Shown: positions 11,630 to 24,498 of the stretch, one piece after another | Layout: the number at the start of each line of letters is the position of its first letter | Position numbering within the stretch: position 1 is the first letter of the stretch | Assembly: GCA_965203295.1 (NCBI GenBank) | Contig: CBDBCZ010000018.1 | Coordinates: forward strand, 1,696,001-1,760,000 | Direction of reading: 5' to 3' | DNA from: Nitrospirales bacterium | Lineage (GTDB): Bacteria; Nitrospirota; Nitrospiria; Nitrospirales; UBA8639 | Length of the DNA: 64,000 bases | Notes under the pieces: generated by a model | Told to the model about the DNA's origin: nothing | Database searches by the model: none | What the model saw: the letters and a program-made list of their open reading frames with translations, nothing else | Made by a program: the position numbers and the translations under genes

Positions 11630-13471
11630 ATGGCTCTCACAACGTTGTTTGCTCTTCTGAGTGTGTTGGTGATAGTTGAAGGAAGTATCACTCAATGGAA
11701 TACTGGCTACAATGATAATTCACATTGTTCTGATACTTGGTTCTTCACAAGACAGTTCGACAATGGAAGCACTGCTTGTGAGTGTGGTAGTGATCTTGGA
11801 GAAGTAATAAGATGTGATGAAGCTTCTGGTCAGGTAAATGTATTTGAAATCTACTGTATGAGTTATGACAATGATAACGTATCTCTGGTAGTTGGGAAGT
11901 GCTACTTTGGTTCCCGTCATACATTTCACAATGAAAACTTATCTAAGTGGTATTCTCTGCCATCTGATCCTTCTCTATTAAATCAAAGATGTGATAGTTA
12001 TGGTCGAACAGGGCAGCTGTGTGGCAAGTGGGTACGCACCACTAGTGTATTCATACAGTCTCAGTTGTGTAGAGTGTGCAGACTACGGCTATAACTGGAT
12101 GAAGTATGTGGCAGCTGCATTTTGACCACTTACAGTATTCTTTCTTGTGGTGATCATTTTTCGAGTAAGTGTAACTGCAGGACTATTGGATGTTTTTATT
12201 TTATTCAGCCAGTTGATAACTTTTCCTGCTGCAATGCACCCACTTTATTTTCACCGTTGGAAACAACAGGCTGCTACCTTAGCTGTGTTCAGTTTAGTAT
12301 CATTATATGGCATTTGGAATTTAGACTTCTTCCGCCTGCTGTATCCACCATTTTGTATGCACCCTAAGATGACCACGCTCCATGTCTTAATTCTAGACTA
12401 TGCCATAGCTGTCTACCCTCTTGTTCTAATTGTTACTTATATTTTGGTTGAGCTTCACGATCACAATTTTAGATTAATTGTATGGCTCTGGAAACCTTTT
12501 CATCGTTGTTTTGTTAGTTTAAGAAGAGAGTGGAATATTAAAAGTTCTTTGATAGATGCCTTCTGTACTTTTCTTTTGCTTTCATATTTCAAGTTTCTTA
12601 GTGTGTCATTTGATGTTTTGGTTCCTGTGAGTATCTTCAATATTCATGAAGAGAGAAACGAAAAGTATTACCACCTCTTTGATGGATCAGTGGTCCATAC
12701 TTTGGCCCAGAACACCTCCCATTTGGTATACTGGCACTTGCAGTGCTTCTTGTGTTTAATATCCTACCTTTGGGGATGTTGTGCCTGTATCCGTGTCGGT
12801 GCTTTCAGAGGTGTCCAAATTATTGCAGAATTCGAGGGGAAATACTTCATATATTTATGGATTCATTTCAGGGTTGCTACAAGAACCGGACATATAATAC
12901 TTGTGACTGTCGGTTGTTTTCAGCATTTAATACGAATTGCTTTGAGTGTAGTATATGGCATGTTTCCAAGTAATAGGTTCATGATACCGTGCGCCATTTT
13001 CTTATTGCTTGTTTTACTATTTCTACTTGCTGTACTCCATCCTTATAAATTCCCTGCTCATAATATTATCATCATATGTCTGCTTTTTATAGTATGCCTA
13101 TTTGGTGTTTCAAGCACTGCTGATGTTATAGCATACAGTACAGATTCTTTTTTGTACAACACAACATTAGGAAACTAACAGATTACATAACCGCAATATT
13201 TTCTGTAATTCCACTCTTGTTTTTTATTACCCTAATGCTGTATAAATGCTTCAGTCATCGAAGATGCACTAAAAAAATCTGTCAAAGGAGCTGTGCTTTA
13301 ATGCCGTGTGGAGGTTGTAGTGCAGTGGCTCACTCAGGCTCAGAGGAATCACTGGCAGACAGGACCGTCAATGCAGAGCAGTATACAGCCCTCCTCTCTG
13401 AACCGTTCAATGAAAGTGAGGAGTCTGATGGTGGTATGCATGGCATTGAGTCAGATACTATCAAATTTTGA
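11630..13471 (+). pseudogene. Intronless Cys-rich ectodomain plus multi-pass transmembrane protein (uncharacterised family), frameshifted
   Basis: Signal peptide MALTTLFALLSVLVIVEG. Cys motifs CECGSDLGEVIRC, YCMSYD, VVGKC, LNQRCDSYGRTGQLCG. TM region YGIWNLDFFR, LDYAIAVYPL, VWLWKPF, IDAFCTFLLLSYFKF, LLYPC. The frame is split over ORFs 11585/12147/12743/13217, with a TAA at 13176-13178. Confidence 0.8.
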
Positions 13472-14851
13472 TGCTGATATTGTATTTGTGTGGTACTAGG
13501 TTAATTGTTGAATTGTACGTACATTTACCATTAATTAATGATGTATTTACTTAAAATGAGCATTGAGCCAGACATTGATGATAAAATTGTTTTTGCTGTA
13601 TTAAAGGGTTGTCAAGTTGTGTTTGAATTGTACAATTATATACCAATTGATATTCCCAAATTCAAGTGTGTAATGTACTGCGTAAATTCCCCATTTGAGG
13701 GGGTCATTGTTTTGGTCTCTTTTATATTTTCCAGACTTAAAATAAGTCAAATTGAGATATTATTTCGCCACATAGCCAAGTATCCTCATGCAAATCTTTG
13801 CCGTTGTAAAAAAATCTGTGTTATATTTATACAATTTGCCTGTTATCCTATTATATTGCTGTAGTTTTCATGTATGTAGTACTCACATACACAAACAGTG
13901 GACCATGAGCTTTAAAATACAAGAGTGGGCAGTAATGAGGATCTTTGAATCAACATTACTTTTCTTGGCCTTGATGCTAGGCTGGAGCGCCCCCTCCCCC
14001 AGTTGTACAAGTTAGTCTAGCTAGTTGGCAGCAATTGGAGTTTCCACAGTAAAACCCAAACTACGAAACAGTAATGAAGCACGCCATATTTGGATCAGGG
14101 AAATAATAAGGCAATAAAATGAGATGATTGCTGCTGCATGTAGCAGCTATTGTTGTTTTCTCTGCATTTTTCACTCATCCTGTGTAGTTGTTATTGAAAC
14201 AGCAATTAATAATTCAGTTAAGAATCACCAGTCTTGACTACACTTTCGCTAAAATTGGAAATTAGCAGTATATAGTTAGAAGTTTGCTGGGTTACTAACT
14301 AGCTATTTTTTTTATTTAAACACCGTAGTTATCATAGCTCTTATGAATGTGGTAGTGTACTTGGAGGTGCAGTGTTGTGGTGATAATGATATCTATGTCT
14401 ATGTATGAATGAGGATATTTTGGGTAAGCACTTATGATTTACCATGCTTTCGTAAGTTGATGCAGTTATATACAGAAGTGTGTTTCAAGCCACTCTGCAT
14501 TAAGAAATTAAACCATGGCAAATGGTCAGTATGGAAGAGTAGGGGAGTCACCAAAATTCCATACTGCAAATAGAGATGAAGGTGAATGGTACACATTCGA
14601 ATTAAGCATGACTCACACCTGAATCCAATACAGGCAGGGTTTCCAGAACCGTGCACACACCTATCCTAAAATTACGATTGTTAGTGTAGTGTAAACAACA
14701 ACACATTTAGTGTACTTCATCACACAATTAATTAAATTGCTTTAAAGAAGCTTTACCAAGCAACTATGTATGTTAGGGAAACCAAGGCTGTTTTCCGTCA
14801 AATGAGCTTAATAAAAGGAAAATCAGTTGTCAATCTTTGTGTTGTGGTACC

Positions 14852-15265
14852 ATGGCTCTAGTGATTGCTCTTCTCAGTGTGTTGGTGATAGTTGAAGGAA
14901 GTACTACCACTCAATGGCAGAACAAGCAAGTATATCACCACTCTATGAATACTAGTGGTAATGATACTTTAAACTGTTCTAATACTTGGTTCTTCACAAG
15001 GCAGTTTGATAATAGGAGCAGTGCTTGTGAGTGTGGTAGTGATCTTGGAGAAGTAATAATGTGATGAAGCGAATTCGAAATCAAACACTGCATAATTATA
15101 ATAATGGATTCGTTTCAGGGTTGCTACAAGAATCGGACAAGTAATACTTGTGACTGTCGGTGGTTTTCAGTATTATATCTGATGACACGGATTACTTTTG
15201 TTGTATTATATGGAATACTTCCAAGTAACCATTTTGTGATACTGTGGATCATACTCCTTAACATC
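14852..15265 (+). pseudogene. Internally deleted paralog of the 11630-13471 gene
   Basis: Signal peptide and CSNTWFFTRQFDN...CECGSDLGEVI are joined at ~15070 directly to MDSFQGCYKNRT..TCDCRWFS, so ~1 kb is missing. A LINE truncates the 3' end. Confidence 0.85.
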
Positions 15266-17045
15266 CTTCTTAATGGTAATGCCAATCCCAGCCTTCTCGA
15301 CCTCATCTAACAGCTGATTGATAAACATGGGAAAGAGGATAGGCAACATTCTACAACCCTGTGCCACCCCCTGACCTATGTTGAATGCATTAGATATTTC
15401 TCCCTCGGATCCAGTAAAACAGCACTCTGTGTGTTGTCATACATATTCTTAGTGATTATCTCTCCACATTCTACCCCTAACACCAAGCTCCCATAACTTC
15501 AACCATAAACCATCATGCCGAACTTTGTCAAATGCTTTCTGAACATCAAGAAAAAAGTGTAAGTGCGCTTTCTTTCCCTCATTCTACCTTGTACAATTTC
15601 ATTTAGAGTAAAGATGTTATCAACACAACTTCTTTTAAACTCTCTATATCCTGCCTGACCCTCATAAAGAGCCCTTTCTGATTCTAGTTGGCTTACTAAC
15701 CGATTATTTAGAATCTTGCAAAACAGCTTTCCTACCACATTCAATAGTGTAATGCCTCTGTAATTACCCAGGTCCTCAGTATCACCTTTCTTATACGTAC
15801 AAGCTAACAATTAACCCTTGTCTCCAATGTTTAGGAATACTCTCCTCTGTCCAAACTACCCCATACAAGACTTTCAACAGATTAGCCATCCCTTTGCCAC
15901 CGTACTTAAAAAGTTCCCCAACTAGCCCATCATTACCTCCTGTTTTATTATTCTTTAGGCTTTTAGAACATTTTTTAATTTCTCCATAACTATTCCCTCT
16001 ATCCAAAACCTTATCCTTCTGCAAAATAAATATTTCACTATACTCTGTCACTTTCTTTTCTATAAGCTCTTTCCAGCTATAATCAAACTGATCATCCAAC
16101 AATCTGTACGCAACCTTTCATAATGCTCACGTAATACTTCCAAATTTCCCTCAGTACTGGTTACACATGAACCTGAACGATTCCTCAAAGAAGCAATACC
16201 CTTACGACTACCTTTTGAAGTCCTGCTAACAAATGCCCAAAACTCTTTCCTGTTTTCATGAAACCTTTATTAGCCTTTTCAATCACCTCATTCCAAATAT
16301 CTAATTTTTTCTTACGTACCAATTCCTTGATTTCTGAATGTAATTTGTAATACTCTCCCCATTTATCTTCCCTGCCACTTCTAATCTCCTTATAAATCTG
16401 TCTTCTCAACCTAATCTTCTCTTTAATCTCACCATTCCACCACGCCGCTTTGCCACACACTATCACCCTTTCCCAAATTTCTTTTGATGCTGCCCTCTTG
16501 ACTGTCTCTTCCCAATCCTGAACCACTGTCTTCACTAATTCTGAGTCTTCCATTTGCGTACCCTTCCTTGAAACCCATCTACTTCTACACTTATGGCTTC
16601 CTGATACTTCTGTCGCACTTCCTCGTCCTGAAGCCGTTTGATGCGCCATTTCATAATCACCCGCTTCTGTTGTTTAGTGGTTTTTACAGTCCTACCCAAT
16701 TCCATCCATACCAGAAAGAGATCCGATTTTCCTACATCCACTGTATCTACCTGCACACTCCCTGAAACCTGCAACAAGTTGGAATCAGTAACTATAATCA
16801 ATGATAGACTTCTGCTTCAGAGAAGGTCTAGCTCTAGTCCACTGTGGTTCCACAGTGAACTCACGGCCATTACAGACTACAAGCTCAACCTCATTTAAAA
16901 AAGAAATCAACCTGTTACAGCTCACATTACATTTTCCTTCACCAAACATACCTATTACATCATCTAATTCTGGAGATCTTTCCACTCTAGTATTAAAATC
17001 ACCTAGAAGCACAACCTGACCCCTCTCCTTCATACGAAGCACATG
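15266..17045 (-). mobile_element. L2/CR1-like LINE ORF2 relic (APE endonuclease plus N-terminal part of RT)
   Basis: VVLLGDFNTRV and SIIDY (APE); LKNNKTGGNDG, DLGNYRGITLLNVVGKLFCKILNNRL, QAG and RSCVDNIFTL (RT). Multiple frameshifts. Confidence 0.92.
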
Positions 17046-19237
17046 CTCAAACTAATTAAAAGGTGGAGGTCAGATCAGCCTGGGTGGTTTTTTAAAAATC
17101 CCAAGAAGGGTTTCCGTCTGGAGGCCCACAGGATTTCTGAAGCACTAAGGCTTATAAACAAAGACTCACAAGTGAATAGCAATAATCAGACAGCTGCTTG
17201 AAATGAAGGATAACTAATTTTTTACTTAGGGCATACACCTAGATTTCCACCACGTTGCCAGTTTATCAGCCTATCCAGGAAAGCTTCTGGCAACATTCAG
17301 GTAGTGGCTGTATTCTCCACAGTAGGAACCAACATGACATGTGCCACACTACTCCAATAATTGAAGCATGGATGTCTCGTGCATAGTTGATGTATGTGAC
17401 ACATACGCTGCATCCATTCTGTACAAGTAGAGTGCCACTGTATATTAATAGTTGTAGAAATTCTAGAGGTTGTGAAACTTAAGGCTCCACAGTACAGTTT
17501 TTAAGGAACTGCAGGTAATTTGGGGTAATAGAACCAGAACAACTATATTCCAATAATTGGAGCTTGGATATCACATGCATAGTCTATATTGAAGCTCCAA
17601 AATTGGAGTACAGTGACACTAGCCATGCCAATACCTATTGTGAAGGATACAGGAAGATTATCAGAAACTATACAATCATATATATATACTGCTTGCTTTC
17701 CACATGGTAGGAACCAGCATGATTTGCCTTGTGAATCACCTATCCTGGGTGTATAGCTTCTAGTAATCTTCATGAACTGCTTGCATGCATTCAGCACAGT
17801 AGGAACCAGCATACCATCAGTGACATCACTCCAATAATTTGAACTTTCAGTTTAGATCAACCTATGTAGGTGGTTTCTGAGTGTGGTGTGTGGACGTGGT
17901 CAATGACATAAGCGCTACGGCAGCGACATGATTAGTATTATTATCAAGCCTCCATTGTATATACTGCAATGTACGTCAGGCCACTCTGCAATGTTCAGTG
18001 TGGGTGATTGTTTAAGTATTTGGCTGGAGTGGGTGTAATACAGGGGCACTCGACTTTGCATGCATTCCATTGGTCTGATGTTTGCACCTCAGTCTTGTTG
18101 TTGTAACAATTGTTCAAAAGCTTTGATCCATGAGCACATACATGTAGGTATACTGTATGCACATGCAACTTTTTGCATGTAGTTTCATGTTAACTGGGGT
18201 CTATAGTGGAAGTGGATAGTTGGCATTGCTGCAGTAGTGTGCTCAATTAATGCACAGGCTCTGGTGCATGTCTGGTCTATGCTTTTCGTACTGCAAACAA
18301 CAAAAGCTACTGTGTAGAATGGATGCAAGGTCCGGGTGTGTAGCTGAAGATTACCAGAAGCTATACACCCAGGATACCTGATTCACAAGCTACACAGCTA
18401 CTATAAGACCTTAATTTGACATTAGTGTGGATCACCACCAATGATGGAGGGCTGTTAGCTTTGTTGCCAGCTGTCCTCAGCTTTTTGTGAAGACATTATG
18501 AAGTTTTGGCAGAATAGATACCACTAAATCTTTATGAACTTTGAAGGCCTAGTTCATGCTAGCAGAAATTACACTGGTCTCAAAAAAGTTACTTCCCATT
18601 TTTCAGAAGCAAGACAGTCCCTCTCCTGTCCTTGCTGTCGTCAAAGCCTCACTGCATTGGGGCCGTGGTAACCGCTTCAAACTACCCTACCAGGGGAAAG
18701 ACTAGATACTGAAACTGTATAAGAGTTGCCACACTACAACAAATGAGTAGTACTCAGAGGGAGAGAATAGGTGCTGAGATTGCAGAAAGAAAAGGTTGGG
18801 GGGAGGTGGGGGGTAGGTTGCAATACGACAGAGAGGGCCTCGGAGTGCAGTGGGTGTTGTTAGTCAGAGTGGAGCTGTATGCAGACCAGGCTTTACGTGC
18901 TGGTGCAGTGCAGTAACTAGCATTGATCAGATTTATTGTGCCAGTTTGCAGGCTGTTTTTCAGTGAGCTAATAGTTGAATTATAAATATGTTATGTCTTA
19001 CAATGAACTGAATATTAGCTTTCACAGTCCATCATTAGTTATCAGATTTGTTTTCGTAGGATCTGTACCTAAGTCTTTTCTGACACTTCAGCTATGAGGA
19101 TTTCGTTAATGGTGCATAAGGACTACATTACATGGGCATTGAATGTGCTAATAATGGTTTATGGGATAATCATGCACAGAAGGTAATAAATAATGGAAAG
19201 AAAAAAGTGAATCAAATTACATGGGTTTTTAAGTATT

Positions 19238-19425
19238 ACTAGCGGGTTTAGTGGCTATATAAAGCCTGCCTACTGCTCCTCTGCCAAGGGGCTCCAGTAG
19301 CCCAGTGGTAAGAGGATCTTGACTATTGTTCAGAAGGTCCTGGGTTCAATCCCCAGCTGGGTCCTGTTTTGGGAGGGATTTCTTTACTCTCCCAGAAAGC
19401 TTATCATCTCAAAGAGTTTACAATG
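19238..19425 (+). mobile_element. Second, 5'-truncated copy of the tRNA-containing repeat
   Basis: Matches 10444-10634, including the upstream leader (tatataaag) and the 3' tail. The anticodon loop has diverged (CTATTGT). Confidence 0.8.
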
Positions 19426-21783
19426 GATCAGCAGAATATGATGTGAAAATTTAAGCAAGTACAAGTAGCACCATACACTGTAGTTGCTCCTGAGTATGAA
19501 ATTAGTTCACTCCAGTGGTCGTCCAGTAATCCAGCTGACATGTGTATTTCAATCGAACATGTGAGTCCTCGATCACTGTCCATGAAAGACAGCTTGAGGG
19601 CAGGGCATAAGTGTACATACATGGTTAACTAGCACTGAACTTAAGATTCATTTCTCATAGGTGCAAGACGGTTTCAGAAAAAGCCTGGATCAGCTGTGGC
19701 TCAGTATGTACAACAGCCAAGGCCTGCTTCATATCTCAAGTGGGACGGTAGGTAGAATATTGCATGTCAATGTAAACATCAAAGAGTGGGTAAAATGTAG
19801 GTCATGCACCCATTGGTGGTTGTGTATTAGCAACTGCTGTGCCTAATGAATAGTTAGCATGTTACTGTATTACACTACTACCGGGTATTTTTGGGGGGAA
19901 AATGTGGAAGGGGGCATTGCAATAATGGTACATAGTCATACTGTGCTGAATGGAGAGCTCGTTAATAGCCTGAACTTGCTGTGTGAGCCTCTCAGCTACC
20001 TTCATTTTGGCTTGCTATGATCCACATGAAAAAAATGTTATCATTGTATGTCTCCAAGTTTGTGTCTCAGCAATGCAATGCATGACCAACAAGCAACTAA
20101 ATGTATGCGCTGTAAACTTCTACGTGTACTTACAAGACTACATATATTCATACTAAATTAGTTTGTTTCATCGTGTGACTGAAATGACCCCTTATTGATT
20201 AGGTCAACTTTAACCTGCCTCGTACCCATTTGCGTTCAAGGATAATATTTTGCTGATGGATTTAGCTTGGGAGATTGATTACGAATACTTGCAACAGCGC
20301 AATTATTTAGGGGGTTGCACATAATATTATGCCTCATTCCAAAGCTCCACTCCCCCATGTTAGGCATACATACTACACTCGCACTCCTCATTCTGCATGG
20401 ATGGTGAATATTTGCATCCATGGGTTCTATACACACTGTGGAATACAGCACTCCAAGAAGTGCACGAGCCACTCATAAGCTACTGGTATTACTATAGCCT
20501 GGTTTCTGTGAATATGAACATATCTACTTGCTATTGTACTACAGTTCTTATGTGGTTGTATATTAATTGTCTTCACCATATCTGGTCCCTTAAAAGTTAT
20601 TCCTGTACTAGAGCATTTTTGCATTTATTGACACTACTGTAAACAGGCAACAATTTCCAATCAGAGAGTGTTACATCTATAGCCTAGTAATCAAAGTAGC
20701 ACTGTGCGATAACGATTAGCCTGAGGAGGGTACATGGTATAGCACGTGTAGCTACTGCATAATCTACAAAAGCAAGCGTTGCTACAGTTTCATTCAAATC
20801 AGCACTAAAATTGAATTACTTCCCCTTGGCTCTAACTGCCGGCGGCAGTCAGAGCCCAGGAGGTGTTGTGCCACTGTGCTGCTGGGGAATAAATTCTGAA
20901 CAATTTTAAAGGATGACCACAGTAACATAGACCAAAGGCTAGTTGAAGCTCAGATTAATGTAGTAGAGTTTCCATTTATAATATACCCAAATCTTCCTGG
21001 CACAGAGAATTTTGTTTATTGTATTATAAAATGGACAATGTACCCGCAAATACTTCAAATGTTGAAACAGATGCTCAGCTAAGAAATTAACGTCTTTACC
21101 AGTAATTTACCGTAGAATCGGGAGTATAGCGACCTGTCACACTCAATTTGGTCCACTTTCAAATTCGTTCCCCCCAGAACTAATTTTTCAGCAATATATG
21201 CCAAATCCCCCCCCCCCCCCAGCTTGCATGTGCAAGTTTGGATTGATTGCTTGCCGCCTCTTTCACGAAGGCAAGTCAGTGCTTGTCAGAGGTGTAGAAA
21301 AGATGCTCATGCTTATCTCGTATACATGTACTGTCTTTTGGATGGCTGCAATGGCAGAGAGTGACAGCAAAAAGAGAGACCAGATACTTGAATATGCAAT
21401 TCCCTAATTAGCCCATCATTACCTCCTGTTTGTTATTTTTCTGTGAACTATCTTGGGTAGATATAGCAGTACTCCCAAATCCTGCGAAGGGTATTCTTAA
21501 TTTTTTTTCTACCTGTCTCTAAAATGCACTGGTGTTTGAATGGCCGCAGGGTTGTTCAAATGTGAACCCTATGGACAAAATGTGGTTAAGATTATAGCAA
21601 CAGTGTATCATGAAACCACATTAAAATGTCTGTCGATTAAGCCTGCAAATTTGAGAATATGGAAAATACCTTGCCATGTTCCCTATTTTGTGTTTGGTCC
21701 AGCAAGCACCACAACTCATTGCCTCAATTGAATATTGCGTTTTATTGGCAAATGGCTGTGTTCAGTTCCTACTGCTGAGTGCA

Positions 21784-21993
21784 TGGACACTCTCTAAATA
21801 AAGGACAAAGGCTGCCGTACCAAAGTGTGCGCTATTTGGAGAGTTGACTGTTGAGTCATTGAATGCTTATATTAAAGTTATTTTTAACATCATTTAAGCA
21901 TGAATTTTACAAAACTCCCCACTAAAGGACACTCTCTAAATAAAGGACAAAGGCTGTCGTACCAAAGTGTACGCTATTTGTAGAGTTGACTGT
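21784..21993. repeat. Two ~65-bp direct copies of a probable Tc1/mariner-type MITE end
   Basis: 'ggacactctctaaataaaggacaaaggctg.cgtaccaaagtgt.cgctatttg.agagttgactgt' occurs twice, and the second ends ...ACTG-TA. Confidence 0.55.
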
Positions 21994-22158
21994 ACGAAAC
22001 TTTATACTATATAAAACAAAAGCAGTTTCATACTCTCACTGAGAAAACATACACTTGCATAGAAAGCAACATAAAACCTCAACTAAAATTATGATGTCAT
22101 TGCACTACATTAGTTACTACAATCTGTTGCTAGTCAATTTTGCCAGTCAAGTGCACTG

Positions 22159-24498
22159 TTACTTTCCTTTAGGTTCAAAATCTGACTTCAACTTAAGGAG
22201 CCGTTCTTTGTGTTGCTCAAGGTCCTTGATCATCTTCTCCAACTGACTGGCCTTTTTAGAATTGGACCCCTGACCTGTACGATACTTGTAGATGTCATAC
22301 GCACCTTTTACTATCACGAAGAGATCGAGTGGAACAGCAACAGCATCGAAAACGACACCTGCAACACTAAGGTCACCAGCGACTGTTCTCAGACCGGTCA
22401 AAGCAATCCGAGTTGTTGAAGCAAATCGACCACGATCCTGACGGCATCTATACCTGAATCAATCAGTTTGTATCCATCATACAGTACTTTTATGACTCCG
22501 CCACCTACAAAATACAAGTGATAACAAAAGACTTATAAAATTTTACAAACTTAATTTTATCACTAGCTACTACATAACATCATAGTCATAATTATAACTA
22601 CACAATGTCATGTATAATCTATAAGAAAATGGCTATTGGTCCAGCAGTCCGGTGGTTGATTTTTGGGTTAGGGTTAGAGTTTTAGGGTCAATCAAATCTG
22701 TAACTTGCTACAGGCATGCTCCATGCCTACATAATTCTGCAGACCCCTGCTTCAATGCCTTATACATAAATGTCATGGACTGTATACAACAACTATTATC
22801 TCTCTCTCCTTCTTCAATACATGTACATGTACTATACAATTCTTGGGGGGAGGCATACTATTGCTGACACCTTAGATTCGTGATTTTAGACCGGTGTCAG
22901 AGTCGTCAGTGACTCCCCGATCACGCACGCCTAAGGCTGTAATGACTCCCCGTTGGCAGATATGACTTCCCCCATACGGTACGCAGTACAAGTATATAGA
23001 CTATCCTCGTCAGTATGACGTCATTATTGCATAATCCAGGAAATGAACCCAGTTTGATTGCTATCTGACACATGTTTTGTCAGTAAAGCTGTAACAGTCG
23101 CAATATAATCTTTTGATAAACGGCGCTAGCCCTCCGCGGCGTCACAAAATAACCGCACTAACTCTACTAACCTAGGCGGTGTAGTAAGCCTACCTTTGCG
23201 TGTGATACACTTGTCCAGTTCTCAGACCCTCCACCTTCGGGCCCAAAGCGTGACTGACTTCAGAGTTAATTTCTCTATTTTTCCCTCGCGATTCTGACAC
23301 CTTGGTTGCCTTTGGAGGCAAAATCCTGTCGTCTCTTGAGTGATGTTCCAGAATGACTGAAAGACGCAACAAGGCCTCATCAGGAAAGCGCTTGTCCCCG
23401 ACAGGAAATACGCAACAGCAGGCTGCTAAACGCCTAGTCTCGTGAACCAGCCCACTTAATTTCCGCAGTGCCGATCGCTAATTAGTATGCGGCCGAAAGC
23501 GATCGGTGCTGAGGATCAAAGTAGGCTGGCTCGCGAGACTACTAAACGCCCACCACGGCGAAGAGCAGATGGTAAAGTACCCCACCGCCCTCGCGGAGAC
23601 AGTTGGTATTCACTAGTTTGTTTGTAGCTCATTCTTTACGGCTGCCTACCACGTTTTCGCCATCTAGGCAACAAAACACTATCTTCATTTGCTGTAGTTT
23701 GGCCTACAAGCCTCCAAAAGCTGCTGCTATACATAGCGCGAGGCTATCCTATACACTGCAGTTGATAGTAACATTTTGCGTGCATCGTTTCCCCCTCCCT
23801 TTTAGGTCGCGCGGAACTTCATCAATCACCGCTAGCTTGTCGGACCTCCTCTGAGACAAAACGAATTGCTTAACCCCGCGTGCGTATACGCGCGTGGGAT
23901 AAAAAAGTCTATCACTATTTTGACTACTAAGGACGGCCGGACAGGACCAAGGTCAGTGTATGTTGAAGGTATACATATTACCACTCACTTTTGACTACAC
24001 TCGAAATCAATCAATAAATCCGATCTTCTTTGAAAGCTGAATACTTGCGATTCAGCTGTGAAGTAGCTGTGGCCAAATCCTTACTTGTTTCACAAACAGT
24101 AGAGGACAATTCTTTGTCACGTTTGATCACCCTTTCGGCTGTCTTCATCTGCGACTTAGATACAAGCCAGTCACCGATGTCAGCGCCTCTCTGTCACACC
24201 GCCACCAGCTGCAACAATTGATCCCGCAATGGTGAGGCCTAGGCTTGCACCAAACGTTACGAAGCTCAACCCAAAGCCAATGATGGCCATGGTACTACCC
24301 GCAACAGCAGCAGATGCACCACTTACTTTTGCTATGGTGCGATCATGGTAACTTTCTTCAATTGTCTTTTGAATATCTCTCAGGGTGGCGAGACTCGGTT
24401 CCTGCTCGGCTATCCTCCCATTTGGCAATGTCTTTTGATAGTTTCTCTGCTATTTTAGTAGCACTATGAAACCTATCGTCCTTTATTAGATCAGACAT
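22159..24498 (-). pseudogene. Apolipoprotein L-like gene, two exons (24498-23989; 22504-22159), disabled
   Basis: IAKVSGASAAVAGSTMAIIGFGLSFVTFGASLGLTIAGSIVAAGGGVT / GADIGDWLVSK and AGVVFDAVAVPLDLFVIVKGAYDIYK...SKKASQLEKMIKDLE match the APOL pattern. GTGAGT donor at 23988 and TAG acceptor before 22504. Frameshifts at ~24395, ~24187 and ~22433; in-frame TGA near 24012. Confidence 0.8.
23435..23541. mobile_element. TAG...CTA micro-MITE with perfect 9-bp TSD (CTAAACGCC)
   Basis: TIRs tagtctcgtgaaccagccc / ggctggctcgcgagacta; TSD at 23426-23434 and 23542-23550. Confidence 0.85.

Noticed and set aside
18607..19750. Plus-strand exon-like pieces (KQDSPSPVLAVVKASLHWG..., DLYLSLF*HFSYEDFVNGA*, VQDGFRKSLDQLW...)
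   Set aside because: Splice-like borders are present, but there are stops and no family I can recognise with confidence.
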